From: Nostoc sp. DedSLP01
GTDB lineage: Bacteria; Cyanobacteriota; Cyanobacteriia; Cyanobacteriales; Nostocaceae
Length of the DNA stretch: 64,000 nt
Direction: 5' to 3'
Assembly: GCA_034530875.2 (NCBI GenBank)
Contig: JAVRCJ020000004.1
Location: 1-64,000 of the forward strand
The notes under the pieces were generated by a model. The model was given only the letters and a program-made list of their open reading frames with translations, was not told where the DNA came from and did no database searches. The position numbers and the translations under genes were made by a program. This document shows, one piece after another, positions 30,904 through 40,015 of this stretch. How positions within the stretch are numbered: the first letter of the stretch is position 1; each line of letters starts with the position of its first letter.

Positions 30904-31157
30904 GTTACAATAGCCCTTCCCATGTTGAGCGGGTTGAAAGTCTCCAGACTGTCAAGCCTCCCTGGTAGCTATCAGGTTACAATGGCCCTTCCCGTGTTGA
31001 GCGGGTTGAAAGACACTAGCTATAAATAGTTATTTAAAAATTGCAGGTTACAATGGCCCTTCCCGTGTTGAGCGGGTTGAAAGTTAATAATCCAGGGTTT
31101 GCTACTGTGTCTACAATGCGGTTACAATGACCCTTCCCGCGTTGAGCGAGTTGAAAG
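30904..31157 (+). CRISPR. CRISPR array: four 37-nt repeats (GTTACAATGGCCCTTCCCGTGTTGAGCGGGTTGAAAG) with spacers of 35, 34 and 37 nt
   Basis: Repeats at 30904, 30976, 31047, 31121 with the V-K-type GGGTTGAAAG 3' end; degenerate repeats follow at ~31194 and ~31262. Confidence 0.95.
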
Positions 31158-31325
31158 AAAATTATTTGCCTTAGCTGTTCACAAAATAAATTTGTTACAA
31201 AGCCTCCTCCTGCAAGAATGTATTAAAAATGTAGTACCTAAAGATGAACAAAAAAGGACAAGTTATATAAATTCTTTGAGTCCAGGACTGTTGAAAATCT
31301 AAAGAAAATTACGAGATATGGGTAT

Positions 31326-31353
31326 GGGTTGAAAGGGTTCAAATCCGTCTGCT
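31326..31353 (+). CRISPR. Delocalised truncated repeat plus short homing spacer targeting tRNA-Thr
   Basis: GGGTTGAAAG (31326-31335) then GGTTCAAATCCGTCTGCT (31336-31353); 17/18 match to the tRNA sequence GGTTCAAATCCGACTGCT preceded by a GTC PAM. Confidence 0.92.
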
Positions 31354-31537
31354 TAGCTTTTGCTGCCAAACATGGTGGTATGACTAATTTTTTGCGAAAT
31401 CAAGAACAAAAGTTCTTTGTTTAACCAAGGTACAGTAAAAGTTTTTAGAGCTTGAGTTAAACTTAAGCTTATAGTGTTCTATTTAGGACAGTCTGATGTT
31501 GACCAGTTACCGCAGATAGCCAAGAAGTCTCTAAATA

Positions 31538-31662
31538 TTGCGACATTAATTTGTGAACGGTTATCTTGCATGAACTGCGACATCAATTAGTGAAAGAGCG
31601 ACATTAATGTGTGAAAAACGACGTTAATGTGTGAACGACGACATCTAATTTGTGAATGTACA
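31538..31662 (-). repeat. CAST left (PAM-proximal) end with five TnsB-binding repeats
   Basis: On the minus strand TGTACA then TTCACAAATTAGATGTCG, TTCACACATTAACGTCG, TTCACACATTAATGTCG, TTCACTAATTGATGTCG, TTCACAAATTAATGTCG. Confidence 0.92.
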
Positions 31663-31697
31663 TGCGAGGTTTTGGTTGAATGTACAACAGTACAGAA

Positions 31698-31769
31698 AGC
31701 CAGCAGTCGGATTTGAACCGACGACCTTCCGATTACAAGTCGGATGCACTACCACTGTGCTATGCTGGC
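31698..31769 (-). tRNA. trnT: tRNA-Thr (TGT), CAST homing target
   Basis: GCCAGCA acceptor stem, D-loop AGTGGTA, anticodon loop CTTGTAA, T-loop GGTTCAAATCC; no encoded CCA. Confidence 0.96.
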
Positions 31770-32215
31770 TAGTTGGATGTAGGTTTTGATTTGAATTTGC
31801 AACCACAATTTATAATTTTAGCATAATAAATCTATTTGTCTAGCAATATCGCTAAAAAATTTTGTCTAGAAAATAGTGACTAATTCTTTCCCTTTTACAT
31901 GCATCCCTTTGCCCCAAGAGTGCAAAAAGAGTTTTGCACTCTTACTCCATGAGTTGCGCTCACAAGGAACAATGAAAATTTCTTTTCCCTATTCCCCATG
32001 CCCCTAATCCCCACTTCGTGGGGGCCCCGAGTTCCCCATTCCCTACTCCCTATTTTCAAGGCAGGTCTATTGCATTTGCCCGGTAAAGCCGGGTTTTTTG
32101 ATGTTTCATTTGATTTGTCCTTAAATATTTGTGGTTTGTGTGATGATTGTCTGTTGACCCTTGACTATTGGCCATAGACCATTGACTATAGCGATCGACA
32201 AACTACAACCGACAA

Positions 32216-33328
32216 ATGACTAATAAAAAGCAAGTTTGCATTATTTTAGGTACTCGTCCGGAAGCGATTAAACTAGCTCCGGTGATTCAAGTTTTCCAAA
32301 ACTGTCCAGATTTTGAGACGCAAGTAATTTTAACCGGACAACATCGAGAGATGGTTGAGCAAGTCATGCAACTGTTTAATATCAAGGCAGATTATGACTT
32401 GGAAATTATGCAGACGAAGCAATCTTTAAGTGACATAACCTGTCGTAGTTTACAAGGGTTGGAGAAATTATTTCAGCACAAAAAGCCAGATTTAGTTGTG
32501 GTGCAAGGAGACACTACCACTGCTTTTGCAGCGGCTTTGGCAGCTTTTTATCAAAAAATTCCTGTTGGTCACGTAGAAGCAGGGTTAAGAACTGATGATA
32601 TATTCAATCCTTACCCAGAAGAAGCTAATCGGCGGTTGATTTCTCAAATTACTCAGTTGCACTTTGCGCCAACTCCTTGGGCTGTAGAAAATTTACAGCG
32701 TTCTGGTGTTTTGGGTGAAATTCACTTGACTGGCAACACGGTAATTGATGCATTGTTGAATGTTGCTGCAACCCAAGTCAGCTGCAATATACCAGGTTTA
32801 GACTGGAATGGATATCGCGTTTTGTTAGCAACGGTGCATCGTAGGGAGAATTGGGGAGAACCACTCGAATCGATCGCGGCTGGGTTTTTACAAATCTTAG
32901 ATAAGTTTCCCGATACGGCTTTGCTGTTACCATTACACCGCAATCCTACAGTGCGAGTGCCATTACAAGAATTTTTAGGAAATCATCCGCGAATTTTCTT
33001 AACAGAACCTCTGGATTATGGGGAACTGGTGGGAGCAATTGGGCGATCGCATCTTTTGCTTACTGACTCCGGTGGTTTGCAAGAAGAAGCCCCCAGTTTA
33101 GGAAAACCAGTATTAGTTTTGAGAGACACCACCGAAAGACCAGAGGCTGTAACAGCTGGTACTGCAAAACTTGTGGGAACTGAAACTCAAAATATTTTTG
33201 CAGCTGCTAGCGAATTACTCAGCGACCAAGCTGCTTATGAAGCAATGGCAAATGCTATTAATCCCTTTGGAGATGGCCATGCAGCAGAACGGATTTTACA
33301 GATCGTGCAAAAGTACTTGGGTATTTGA
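32216..33328 (+). CDS. wecB: UDP-N-acetylglucosamine 2-epimerase (non-hydrolysing)
   Basis: GTRPEAIK, TGQHREM, QGDTTT, HVEAGLR, HRREN, TDSGGLQEEAP, NPFGDG. Confidence 0.95.
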   Translation: MTNKKQVCIILGTRPEAIKLAPVIQVFQNCPDFETQVILTGQHREMVEQVMQLFNIKADYDLEIMQTKQSLSDITCRSLQGLEKLFQHKKPDLVVVQGDTTTAFAAALAAFYQKIPVGHVEAGLRTDDIFNPYPEEANRRLISQITQLHFAPTPWAVENLQRSGVLGEIHLTGNTVIDALLNVAATQVSCNIPGLDWNGYRVLLATVHRRENWGEPLESIAAGFLQILDKFPDTALLLPLHRNPTVRVPLQEFLGNHPRIFLTEPLDYGELVGAIGRSHLLLTDSGGLQEEAPSLGKPVLVLRDTTERPEAVTAGTAKLVGTETQNIFAAASELLSDQAAYEAMANAINPFGDGHAAERILQIVQKYLGI

Positions 33329-33704
33329 TTAGCAGTATCAACACTAGCAATCTAAATTAAACATAAATCCCAACTTTTCGTTTATGAACAAAAATTCAGA
33401 ACTCACGAACAAAGCTAACGAGTTCGTGAGCATTTGAATATTGGTTTAAAACCTTGCCCCATATAGGTGCAAAAAATTTTATAGCAATTTGTAATCAGAT
33501 ACAGGGTGCATAGCTGCAACACAGCATAATTCATAAGTCAGAAGGGGAGCAACGAAAGCTCCGCCTTGCTGACTAAGTTGAAATTAAATTTTTTGACCCA
33601 CGGAGGTGGGTTTTTGTTTGTCTAGACGCGGGGAAAAGGGAAAAAGTTTGAAATTGCCCTTTTGCCTTTCCCCTTTAACCGAACCGTATTGCCTACAACA
33701 CGAT

Positions 33705-34919
33705 CTATTTCCGTGAAAATTGCTGTAATATCCATTCAGAATTGAAGATAGCCCGGTAGATAGGATTTTTAATTCTCAGATAGCCTTGACGTTTCTCAAC
33801 TAATCCGGATAATAAAAGTTCTGTGTGTTCTGGACTATCATCATTAGGTATTAAGTATTGGATATTGGAAGAAGCGGCACAGCGTAAAGAGTAACTGCGA
33901 TTTACATTCTGCTCCTCTATTTCCTCTGTTTGTAATATCTGCTGATAAAGATTTAGCAAACGTCCTGCTTGTTGCTGGTTGAAAAAAAGTAAGCGATCGC
34001 GAATGGTACGGAGGTGTTGCGGTTCGTCTTGTGATTCCCAGTCTTGAATAATATGCGATCGCACCAATTGTTTTAACCAAGCAGCTTCTGTATTGGGAGA
34101 TAAATCAATTTTCCCTGTTGATGTCTTTAAAGCAGTTTGTACAACTAACTGACAGAGTTTTTGGGTTAGGAAGGGTTGCCCACCACTCCAATAAATAATC
34201 TCTTTTAGCACCGCTTCTGGTTGACTAATTACTATTTTTAAACCTTCTAATAATGGTTGAGCTTCATTTAATCCAAAACCGGATAATTCTATTGCCGTAC
34301 CAATGTTAAAAGGCGTTTGGTGTTTGTCTACAATTAAATATGATGGACTAGTTACCCCAAATAATGCAAATCCCACACCTGGAAAATTTGAATCGCATGT
34401 TTTTTGATTGTGGCAATCGCAAATCCAGGCAAAAAAGTCAGTGAGAGGAAACTTCAAACTCAGCAAGCTATCAATTTCATCAATGAAGATAAAAATGCGT
34501 TTAGCTTGACCTTCTCTTCCACCATTGCTTTGAACATTTGGTAGTAACAATTCCTCCACAAATTTATATAGTTTTTGCACAGGAGAAAGACTTGCTTGCA
34601 TCTTCCACCAATGGTTAAAGTTAACTTGTTCTACCAAATTTAAAGCGTATAACAAACTGATAATAATACTTTTATACCATTGCGCTACTGTAATATCTTC
34701 ACTAATTAATTGCGTGGCATCTAAATACACACATTTGTAACCTTCTTTTCTCAGGCGATGGCTTATTCGTTGTAATAATGACGATTTACCCATTTGCCGA
34801 GAACTGAAGACGTAACAAAAATTACGAGCTTTTAAATTAGTATAAAGTTTATTGTCTGCCTGACGAACAATATATGTGGGATCGTCAGTATGGAGACTAC
34901 CGCCAACTTGGTATCTCAT
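33705..34919 (-). CDS. AAA-like (AAA_35) domain protein with no C-terminal sensor repeats
   Basis: YQVGGSL..YIVRQAD, SRQMGKSSL, FIDEIDS, TPFNIG, GGQPFLTQKLC, EPQHLRTIRDRL. Confidence 0.85.
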   Translation of the reverse strand: MRYQVGGSLHTDDPTYIVRQADNKLYTNLKARNFCYVFSSRQMGKSSLLQRISHRLRKEGYKCVYLDATQLISEDITVAQWYKSIIISLLYALNLVEQVNFNHWWKMQASLSPVQKLYKFVEELLLPNVQSNGGREGQAKRIFIFIDEIDSLLSLKFPLTDFFAWICDCHNQKTCDSNFPGVGFALFGVTSPSYLIVDKHQTPFNIGTAIELSGFGLNEAQPLLEGLKIVISQPEAVLKEIIYWSGGQPFLTQKLCQLVVQTALKTSTGKIDLSPNTEAAWLKQLVRSHIIQDWESQDEPQHLRTIRDRLLFFNQQQAGRLLNLYQQILQTEEIEEQNVNRSYSLRCAASSNIQYLIPNDDSPEHTELLLSGLVEKRQGYLRIKNPIYRAIFNSEWILQQFSRK

Positions 34920-35780
34920 TTGAGGAAAACCTATAATAGATAATTTAATTTCAGGAAACTAGGGATCGAAAATGAGGGAGATGCAAATGTAAGAATTCAG
35001 CACCCAAAAGTCAGAAGTCAGAATGGGTATGAAATTTAATATGATTGGCAATTTATCTATTAAGTAAGCGAACATAATTAAATCTAAAATTCAAAGCAGC
35101 AAAACCTTTTACTGTTGAGGATTTTACCTCCTGCCTCCTGCCTTCTACTTATATATTTTACAGAAATCTCCAATTTAATAACGCAAGTTTTTTAGAAAAT
35201 TTCTTTATTAATATCCAAATTCAACAAAATTATTCATTTATTTTTCATAGCGTTCTTCCATAATTCGTGAAATTTATTATTAAGATAGGTTACAGGAAAT
35301 AAAATTACATATCTACTGTGATTTTTTACAAATAATTTAGGACTGCTATCTTTTGGTCTTTAACAATAATTCAGAAGCTGTGGGTCAGAAAGATAACTAG
35401 AATTGTCTGCTGCTGGTAAATATAGCTTAGTGTGACTTCAGAAGATAAGCGGTGAAAAGTGACAGCTTTAATATTATATAATTACCAATTTTTAGATTAA
35501 CTGTCTTGTCAATTATTTTTTAAGTGTCCGATTTGGGATTGCCTTTTATCGATAATGATGAGAATATACAAACTGAATAATTTCAAATTCTCCATCAATA
35601 ATCCAAATTAAATAAACTTTTTTGGTAAGAAATAACCTCCTTATTAAGGCAATAGGTAAAAGCTTGCTAATCTTGATTTATTGACATAATTTTTATTAAC
35701 TGTAGCCTAGTTAAAAAAAGAAGTTTCAAAAATAAACCAATCATAGTTAAATTTGCTGTTTTTTAGTAAGAGTAAACATC

Positions 35781-36158
35781 ATGGCTTCATTCAACCAAAA
35801 ATTGGCTCAAGTATTAGCTCAAGGAAAAGGTATTCAACTTTCTGGAAGCCCGATTAAAACGGAAAACTTTTTGATTCAAAAAACCCTAAAAGATGGGGGT
35901 AAAATTCGATTTAAAATTCGTTATTCTGCCGAACTAAAGAGTTTCTGTTTGCTAGAAGTGTTTTTAATGAGAGCGAACGCTGAAACACCAACTTCTACCA
36001 TGAGTATTCCTAATAGTGGCTCTACAGGTCAAGTTCAAGAGCAGGAACAAGAATTTAGTATTTGGGAACCCGGAAATTATTACTTCTTTTTTAAAATGTC
36101 TTCTAACAATGGTCAATTTTTAATTGAGGAATATCAGCTTTATTGGTTAGCAAGTTAA
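35781..36158 (+). CDS. Hypothetical 125-aa beta-rich protein
   Basis: Clean ATG ORF in AT-rich surroundings; no recognised motif. Confidence 0.65.
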   Translation: MASFNQKLAQVLAQGKGIQLSGSPIKTENFLIQKTLKDGGKIRFKIRYSAELKSFCLLEVFLMRANAETPTSTMSIPNSGSTGQVQEQEQEFSIWEPGNYYFFFKMSSNNGQFLIEEYQLYWLAS

Positions 36159-36485
36159 TTTGCGATCGCTACTAATTATCAAATTAGCAATACCAAATTT
36201 ATAATCTGGTTTAACTAGTCTAACACAACTGAAAATATTAATCCTACCTTTGCTAAAAAATTCAATTTGGAATTCCTCTTACACCGAACAAAACTGCTTA
36301 ACCATTAGTTGACTCTAATTAACAATAAACTCTCCTTTTTTGACTAGAAAAATATCAAAATAACGCCAGAAGGCCAACTAAAATAACAAAAGATTTCTTT
36401 TTTGACAAATAGCTAAAAAGCTTACTGAAAGAAACTTGTTTCTTTTGACTTTGACCTTCTGGATGATTAAGAGTTTTCAAGGTGA

Positions 36486-37907
36486 TTATTTAAGGATTGT
36501 AGACAGTTGTTTTTGAAAGTAAATGCGGTAAAGTTCGCAACGGGATAAAATGCGATCGCTTTCATAGCGAATCAACCCCAAGCTTTCAAGCTTGTGAGCA
36601 TCAATGGGATTGATAGAAACGCTTTGCTTTTTAAGCACAATTTCAAAATATGCCTTTGCTAAATTGGGATTTTCTTGCAAGATTGCCCAGTGTCGCCATA
36701 AATGATGGCGGTATATACCACCATTAGCCATCGCTTCCTTGACCAAATTTTCTAAGGCGATTCTTTGACAGGATAGATGATAAAGTCCAATCCGAATCAG
36801 TGCTGGATGTCCCCCCACCAACGACATAAGTTGGCGAACTTCTTCACTAGAAGACCAGTTTAGCCCGTGTCGGCGGGCTAGGTATTTTACTTGTTCCTTG
36901 GTAAATTCGCCCAGACGGATAGGTAGACCTATATTCAAAGGTGAGTGGTTGATATCCTCGTATACATAGACTTCTGTGGAGTAAGCTACCACTAGCCTCA
37001 GCTTCTGCAAGTTGGTATTTTGTCGTGCTGCTTCATACCAAGAACGCAAGCAAGCAAAAAACTCCTGAGCAATTTCAGGATGTTCAAATAATGTGTCAAT
37101 CTCGTTTAATACAAAAACTACTGGACTTTCGACCTGCTGAAGTAAATAGGATTGTAAGTATAAAGTGCAACTCAATTTACAGCCTATTTCCTCATCCCAC
37201 TTATTATCCAGCTTTGGGTCAATGCCTAATTCTGTTGCAAGCCGCCAGCAAATACAACGCAAAAGCTTGTTTAAGTCTGTCAGACAGCTTGCATCTATTT
37301 GGTTAAAATTCAGGTTAACCGTGCGATAACCTTGCGTCTGGGCAAAAGTTAACAATCGCAGCACTAGAGAACTTTTACCCATCTCTTTTGGCGCTCTAAT
37401 CCAAATCGCAGAGCCTGGTTGAGTGACTTCTCGATAAACTAGTTCCTCAATCGGAGGCCGATCTATATAAAAGGGTGAATCCAAAGGTACAGGCCCGTCT
37501 GGGTATGACCAGAGATTTTCGAGTTGCTGCCAGTTTTTGGTAACAAATGAGTCTAAATATAAAGGCTCAAAGAAATTTATTTCTTTTGTATTTAAGCTCA
37601 GTGGCAGACTTTTAAAACCTTCAGTCTCATTCGGTTCGCTGAGAATCGCATAGTCTTCACTGCGTAATTCGAGGTTAAAGGCGCTAAAGCATAATTTTAG
37701 GGTTTTTTGATCCACACCTGTATTCAACGACCATAATCGGCTGAGAGTTTTGGTTGAAACATTCATGCGAACCCGTAGATCTTTGAGAGTAAAGCGATCG
37801 CCTCTGTTTTGTACCTTTTCTACAGCTAAAATCGCCGCTTGTAACCGCTGTAACCCAGTAGGAGTTAGCACAAGTCCTCGCTTTCGCGTGCCCTTCAACT
37901 GTTTCAT
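36486..37907 (-). CDS. N-terminal HTH fused to AAA_35 domain protein
   Basis: RKRGLVLT..G..RLQ..FTLKDL..TLSRL..VDQKTL..F HTH; PDGPVPLDSPFYIDR, degenerate Walker A APKEMGKSS, Walker B NEID, GGHPAL. Confidence 0.85.
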   Translation of the reverse strand: MKQLKGTRKRGLVLTPTGLQRLQAAILAVEKVQNRGDRFTLKDLRVRMNVSTKTLSRLWSLNTGVDQKTLKLCFSAFNLELRSEDYAILSEPNETEGFKSLPLSLNTKEINFFEPLYLDSFVTKNWQQLENLWSYPDGPVPLDSPFYIDRPPIEELVYREVTQPGSAIWIRAPKEMGKSSLVLRLLTFAQTQGYRTVNLNFNQIDASCLTDLNKLLRCICWRLATELGIDPKLDNKWDEEIGCKLSCTLYLQSYLLQQVESPVVFVLNEIDTLFEHPEIAQEFFACLRSWYEAARQNTNLQKLRLVVAYSTEVYVYEDINHSPLNIGLPIRLGEFTKEQVKYLARRHGLNWSSSEEVRQLMSLVGGHPALIRIGLYHLSCQRIALENLVKEAMANGGIYRHHLWRHWAILQENPNLAKAYFEIVLKKQSVSINPIDAHKLESLGLIRYESDRILSRCELYRIYFQKQLSTILK

Positions 37908-38177
37908 ACCGCTAATTATTAGTTAACTGCCTTGCGTGTGTCTTTATTCTTTCATGTTTTTAGCCGCTTATTCAACTGTTATTTGAATGTTAATTTTTAT
38001 AAGTTTTTATGTATTAAAAACTACTTATTTTTTATGGATGCTGTTAAGTAAGTGGGTATAAATAAACATAACTATTAATTAGATTTATCGGAATTTATTA
38101 TCCCCTATAGATACTCTTCTCTATGTCGATTTTTATAATCTCTCAAAAAACTAATGCGATAAGCTCCTCATTTCTTA

Positions 38178-38340
38178 GAGGTTGTTTGAAAAGTGGTTGG
38201 CTGTAATTTTAGGCGTTTCTAGATCCCCCCTAACCCCCCTTAAAAAGGGGGGAACCAAAATCAAAGTCCCTCTTTTTAAGAGGGATTTAGGGAGATCTAG
38301 AGTGTTTGGCTACCAACAATAGGGCTTTTCAAACATCTTC
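38178..38340. mobile_element. MITE with nested palindromic repeat
   Basis: TIRs GAGGTTGTTTGAAAAG / CTTTTCAAACATCTTC flanked by a TTA duplication; internal TAGATCCCCC..GGGAGATCTA unit. Confidence 0.7.
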
Positions 38341-38808
38341 TTAGAGAGATATCAAAGCTCAAAGCCTCTCGTTTTTATCAGAAATGCTTTTATAAAAAGT
38401 GTAATAATCAACATATATTTTTATGTAGTAAGCGTAAAAAATGCGCTATTCTACTATATTAGCTACTGATGCTCGTTTTAAAAAGTATTTTTTGTAACAT
38501 TTAAAAATAAATAGCGTCTGAATATAAATAAGTTTTTTTATCTTCAATGTCCGAGCTTATTATTTCAAGTTATTTAATAATTTATTTAGTATCGATCTAA
38601 ATTTTATAGTGCAGATGTATTGAAAAAATCTAGAAAAGCGTACAGCAGATCTAAGCTTTTACTTACTTTTGTACTGGGCGCTATCTCTTACTGACATCTC
38701 AGCTATAAATGTAACAAACAATAGGGGCACAGCAATGCTATGCCCCTACAAAAAGATTGTATTGTATCGAACTTAAGTACTGTAAGTACAGCAGCTTTTA
38801 CACGTGAT

Positions 38809-39204
38809 TTAGCGTTGAACTTTTCCAGAGAGATTCTTGCCAGCTTGGGCTGCACTATCACCTACATCACTAGCAGTATTCTTAGCGCCTTCTACATACC
38901 CAGACCCAAATTGTTTAAACGCTTCTGCTGACTCTTGTCCAATTTTCTTAAGTCTTTCGCCAGGAGCGCCTTCGGTTTCACGAGCTTCTCGATTCCACTG
39001 GCCTGTGGTTTTCGGTCTGCGAGCATCATCTTGCTGTACCTGTTGACGAACTCTCTCACCTAAGTTTTGGTTATTGTTCCCAGAAGTAACATTTGTCGTC
39101 AGGACTAGAAAGCCAACTAAAACCACAGCGAAAAAACGCTTTACCTGAAGTCCTTTAAGCGCAGAACTAATATGAGCGATCGCGTTAGAAATCAAATTTG
39201 TCAT
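38809..39204 (-). CDS. Hypothetical membrane-anchored hydrophilic (LEA-like) protein
   Basis: One hydrophobic segment FFAVVLVGFLVL followed by RPKTTGQW..EARET..ESAEAFKQFG. Confidence 0.75.
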   Translation of the reverse strand: MTNLISNAIAHISSALKGLQVKRFFAVVLVGFLVLTTNVTSGNNNQNLGERVRQQVQQDDARRPKTTGQWNREARETEGAPGERLKKIGQESAEAFKQFGSGYVEGAKNTASDVGDSAAQAGKNLSGKVQR

Positions 39205-40015
39205 GGTAATTAGGTTGTTTTTTTCAGTACAGATAAAGATTAGCTATAAATCAAAAATTATCCTTCTAACAAAAGGCATAACTCAATTCGGAGAAATCAA
39301 AGCTTTTTCAATCCTGAGTATGAGGAGATTTACCAAATAATAGAGTTTCTTTTGATTAAAGAATATATGGACTAACTAAAAAAAGGCAATTATAGCAATT
39401 TTATTTAAACCACAAGGGTAAAATCCCTGACTTCTGCAAACAGTCAGACATGTCGTCCCTGAGAAATTATTTAAGTAGCGCTTTCTGCTCAAATGAACAA
39501 GAACATTTATTAGTGATTCTCCAAACAAAATCTTGAGTTTTTGTTTGCACTCTAACTTTTCTTACAACTTCTACAAAATATTCAAAAAGCTTCCTAAGTC
39601 AAGAATCTACTACAAAAGAAGGTTTGAGAGCAGTTTTTTTTACCATTTCATAAGGTGACAATGAGTCAAATTAGGAACAATACCTTGGAAATAGCTTGAT
39701 TTTACCAGTTAAACCACCTTTTTGTTACTGATGCTTGAGATTCCTGACCATGCCAAATGTAGCACCCAATACAATTTGAGTGCTACATTTGTTTTTTAAT
39801 ACAAGATATAGTTTAAAAAAACATACGTCTTTAGATATAAAAATTTTGTATCTAAAGGAATAGATGTTTATGTCTAATTAATTTCTTCTTGAAAATGCAT
39901 AGTTCTGGAAGAGTTACTAATAGCAGCTAAAAATCGCACTACTTTTAGTCTGCCAGGATATCGAGCAACATTTTTCTTCTCAAAACAATAATTGGTTCGG
40001 GTGGAAAGCTAAAGG

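Larger units (their letters stand above)
6523..31662. mobile_element. Type V-K CRISPR-associated Tn7-like transposon (CAST), ~25.1 kb
   Basis: Inverted termini TGTACATTCAC(T/A)AATTAGATGTCG at 6523 and 31662; contains tnsB, tnsC, tniQ (no tnsA), cas12k, tracrRNA and CRISPR array; lies next to a tRNA. Confidence 0.96.

Noticed and set aside
30838..31302. Short ORFs 30838-31029 and 31099-31302
   Set aside because: They overlap the CRISPR leader and array and are translations of repeats
31985..32195. Heptamer tandem repeats (also at ~42783-42815 and ~48622-48646) as a possible CRISPR
   Set aside because: No unique spacers; ordinary STRR repeats
33341..33348. ACACTAGC matching the first 8 nt of spacer 2
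   Set aside because: Only 8 nt and no GTN PAM; chance match
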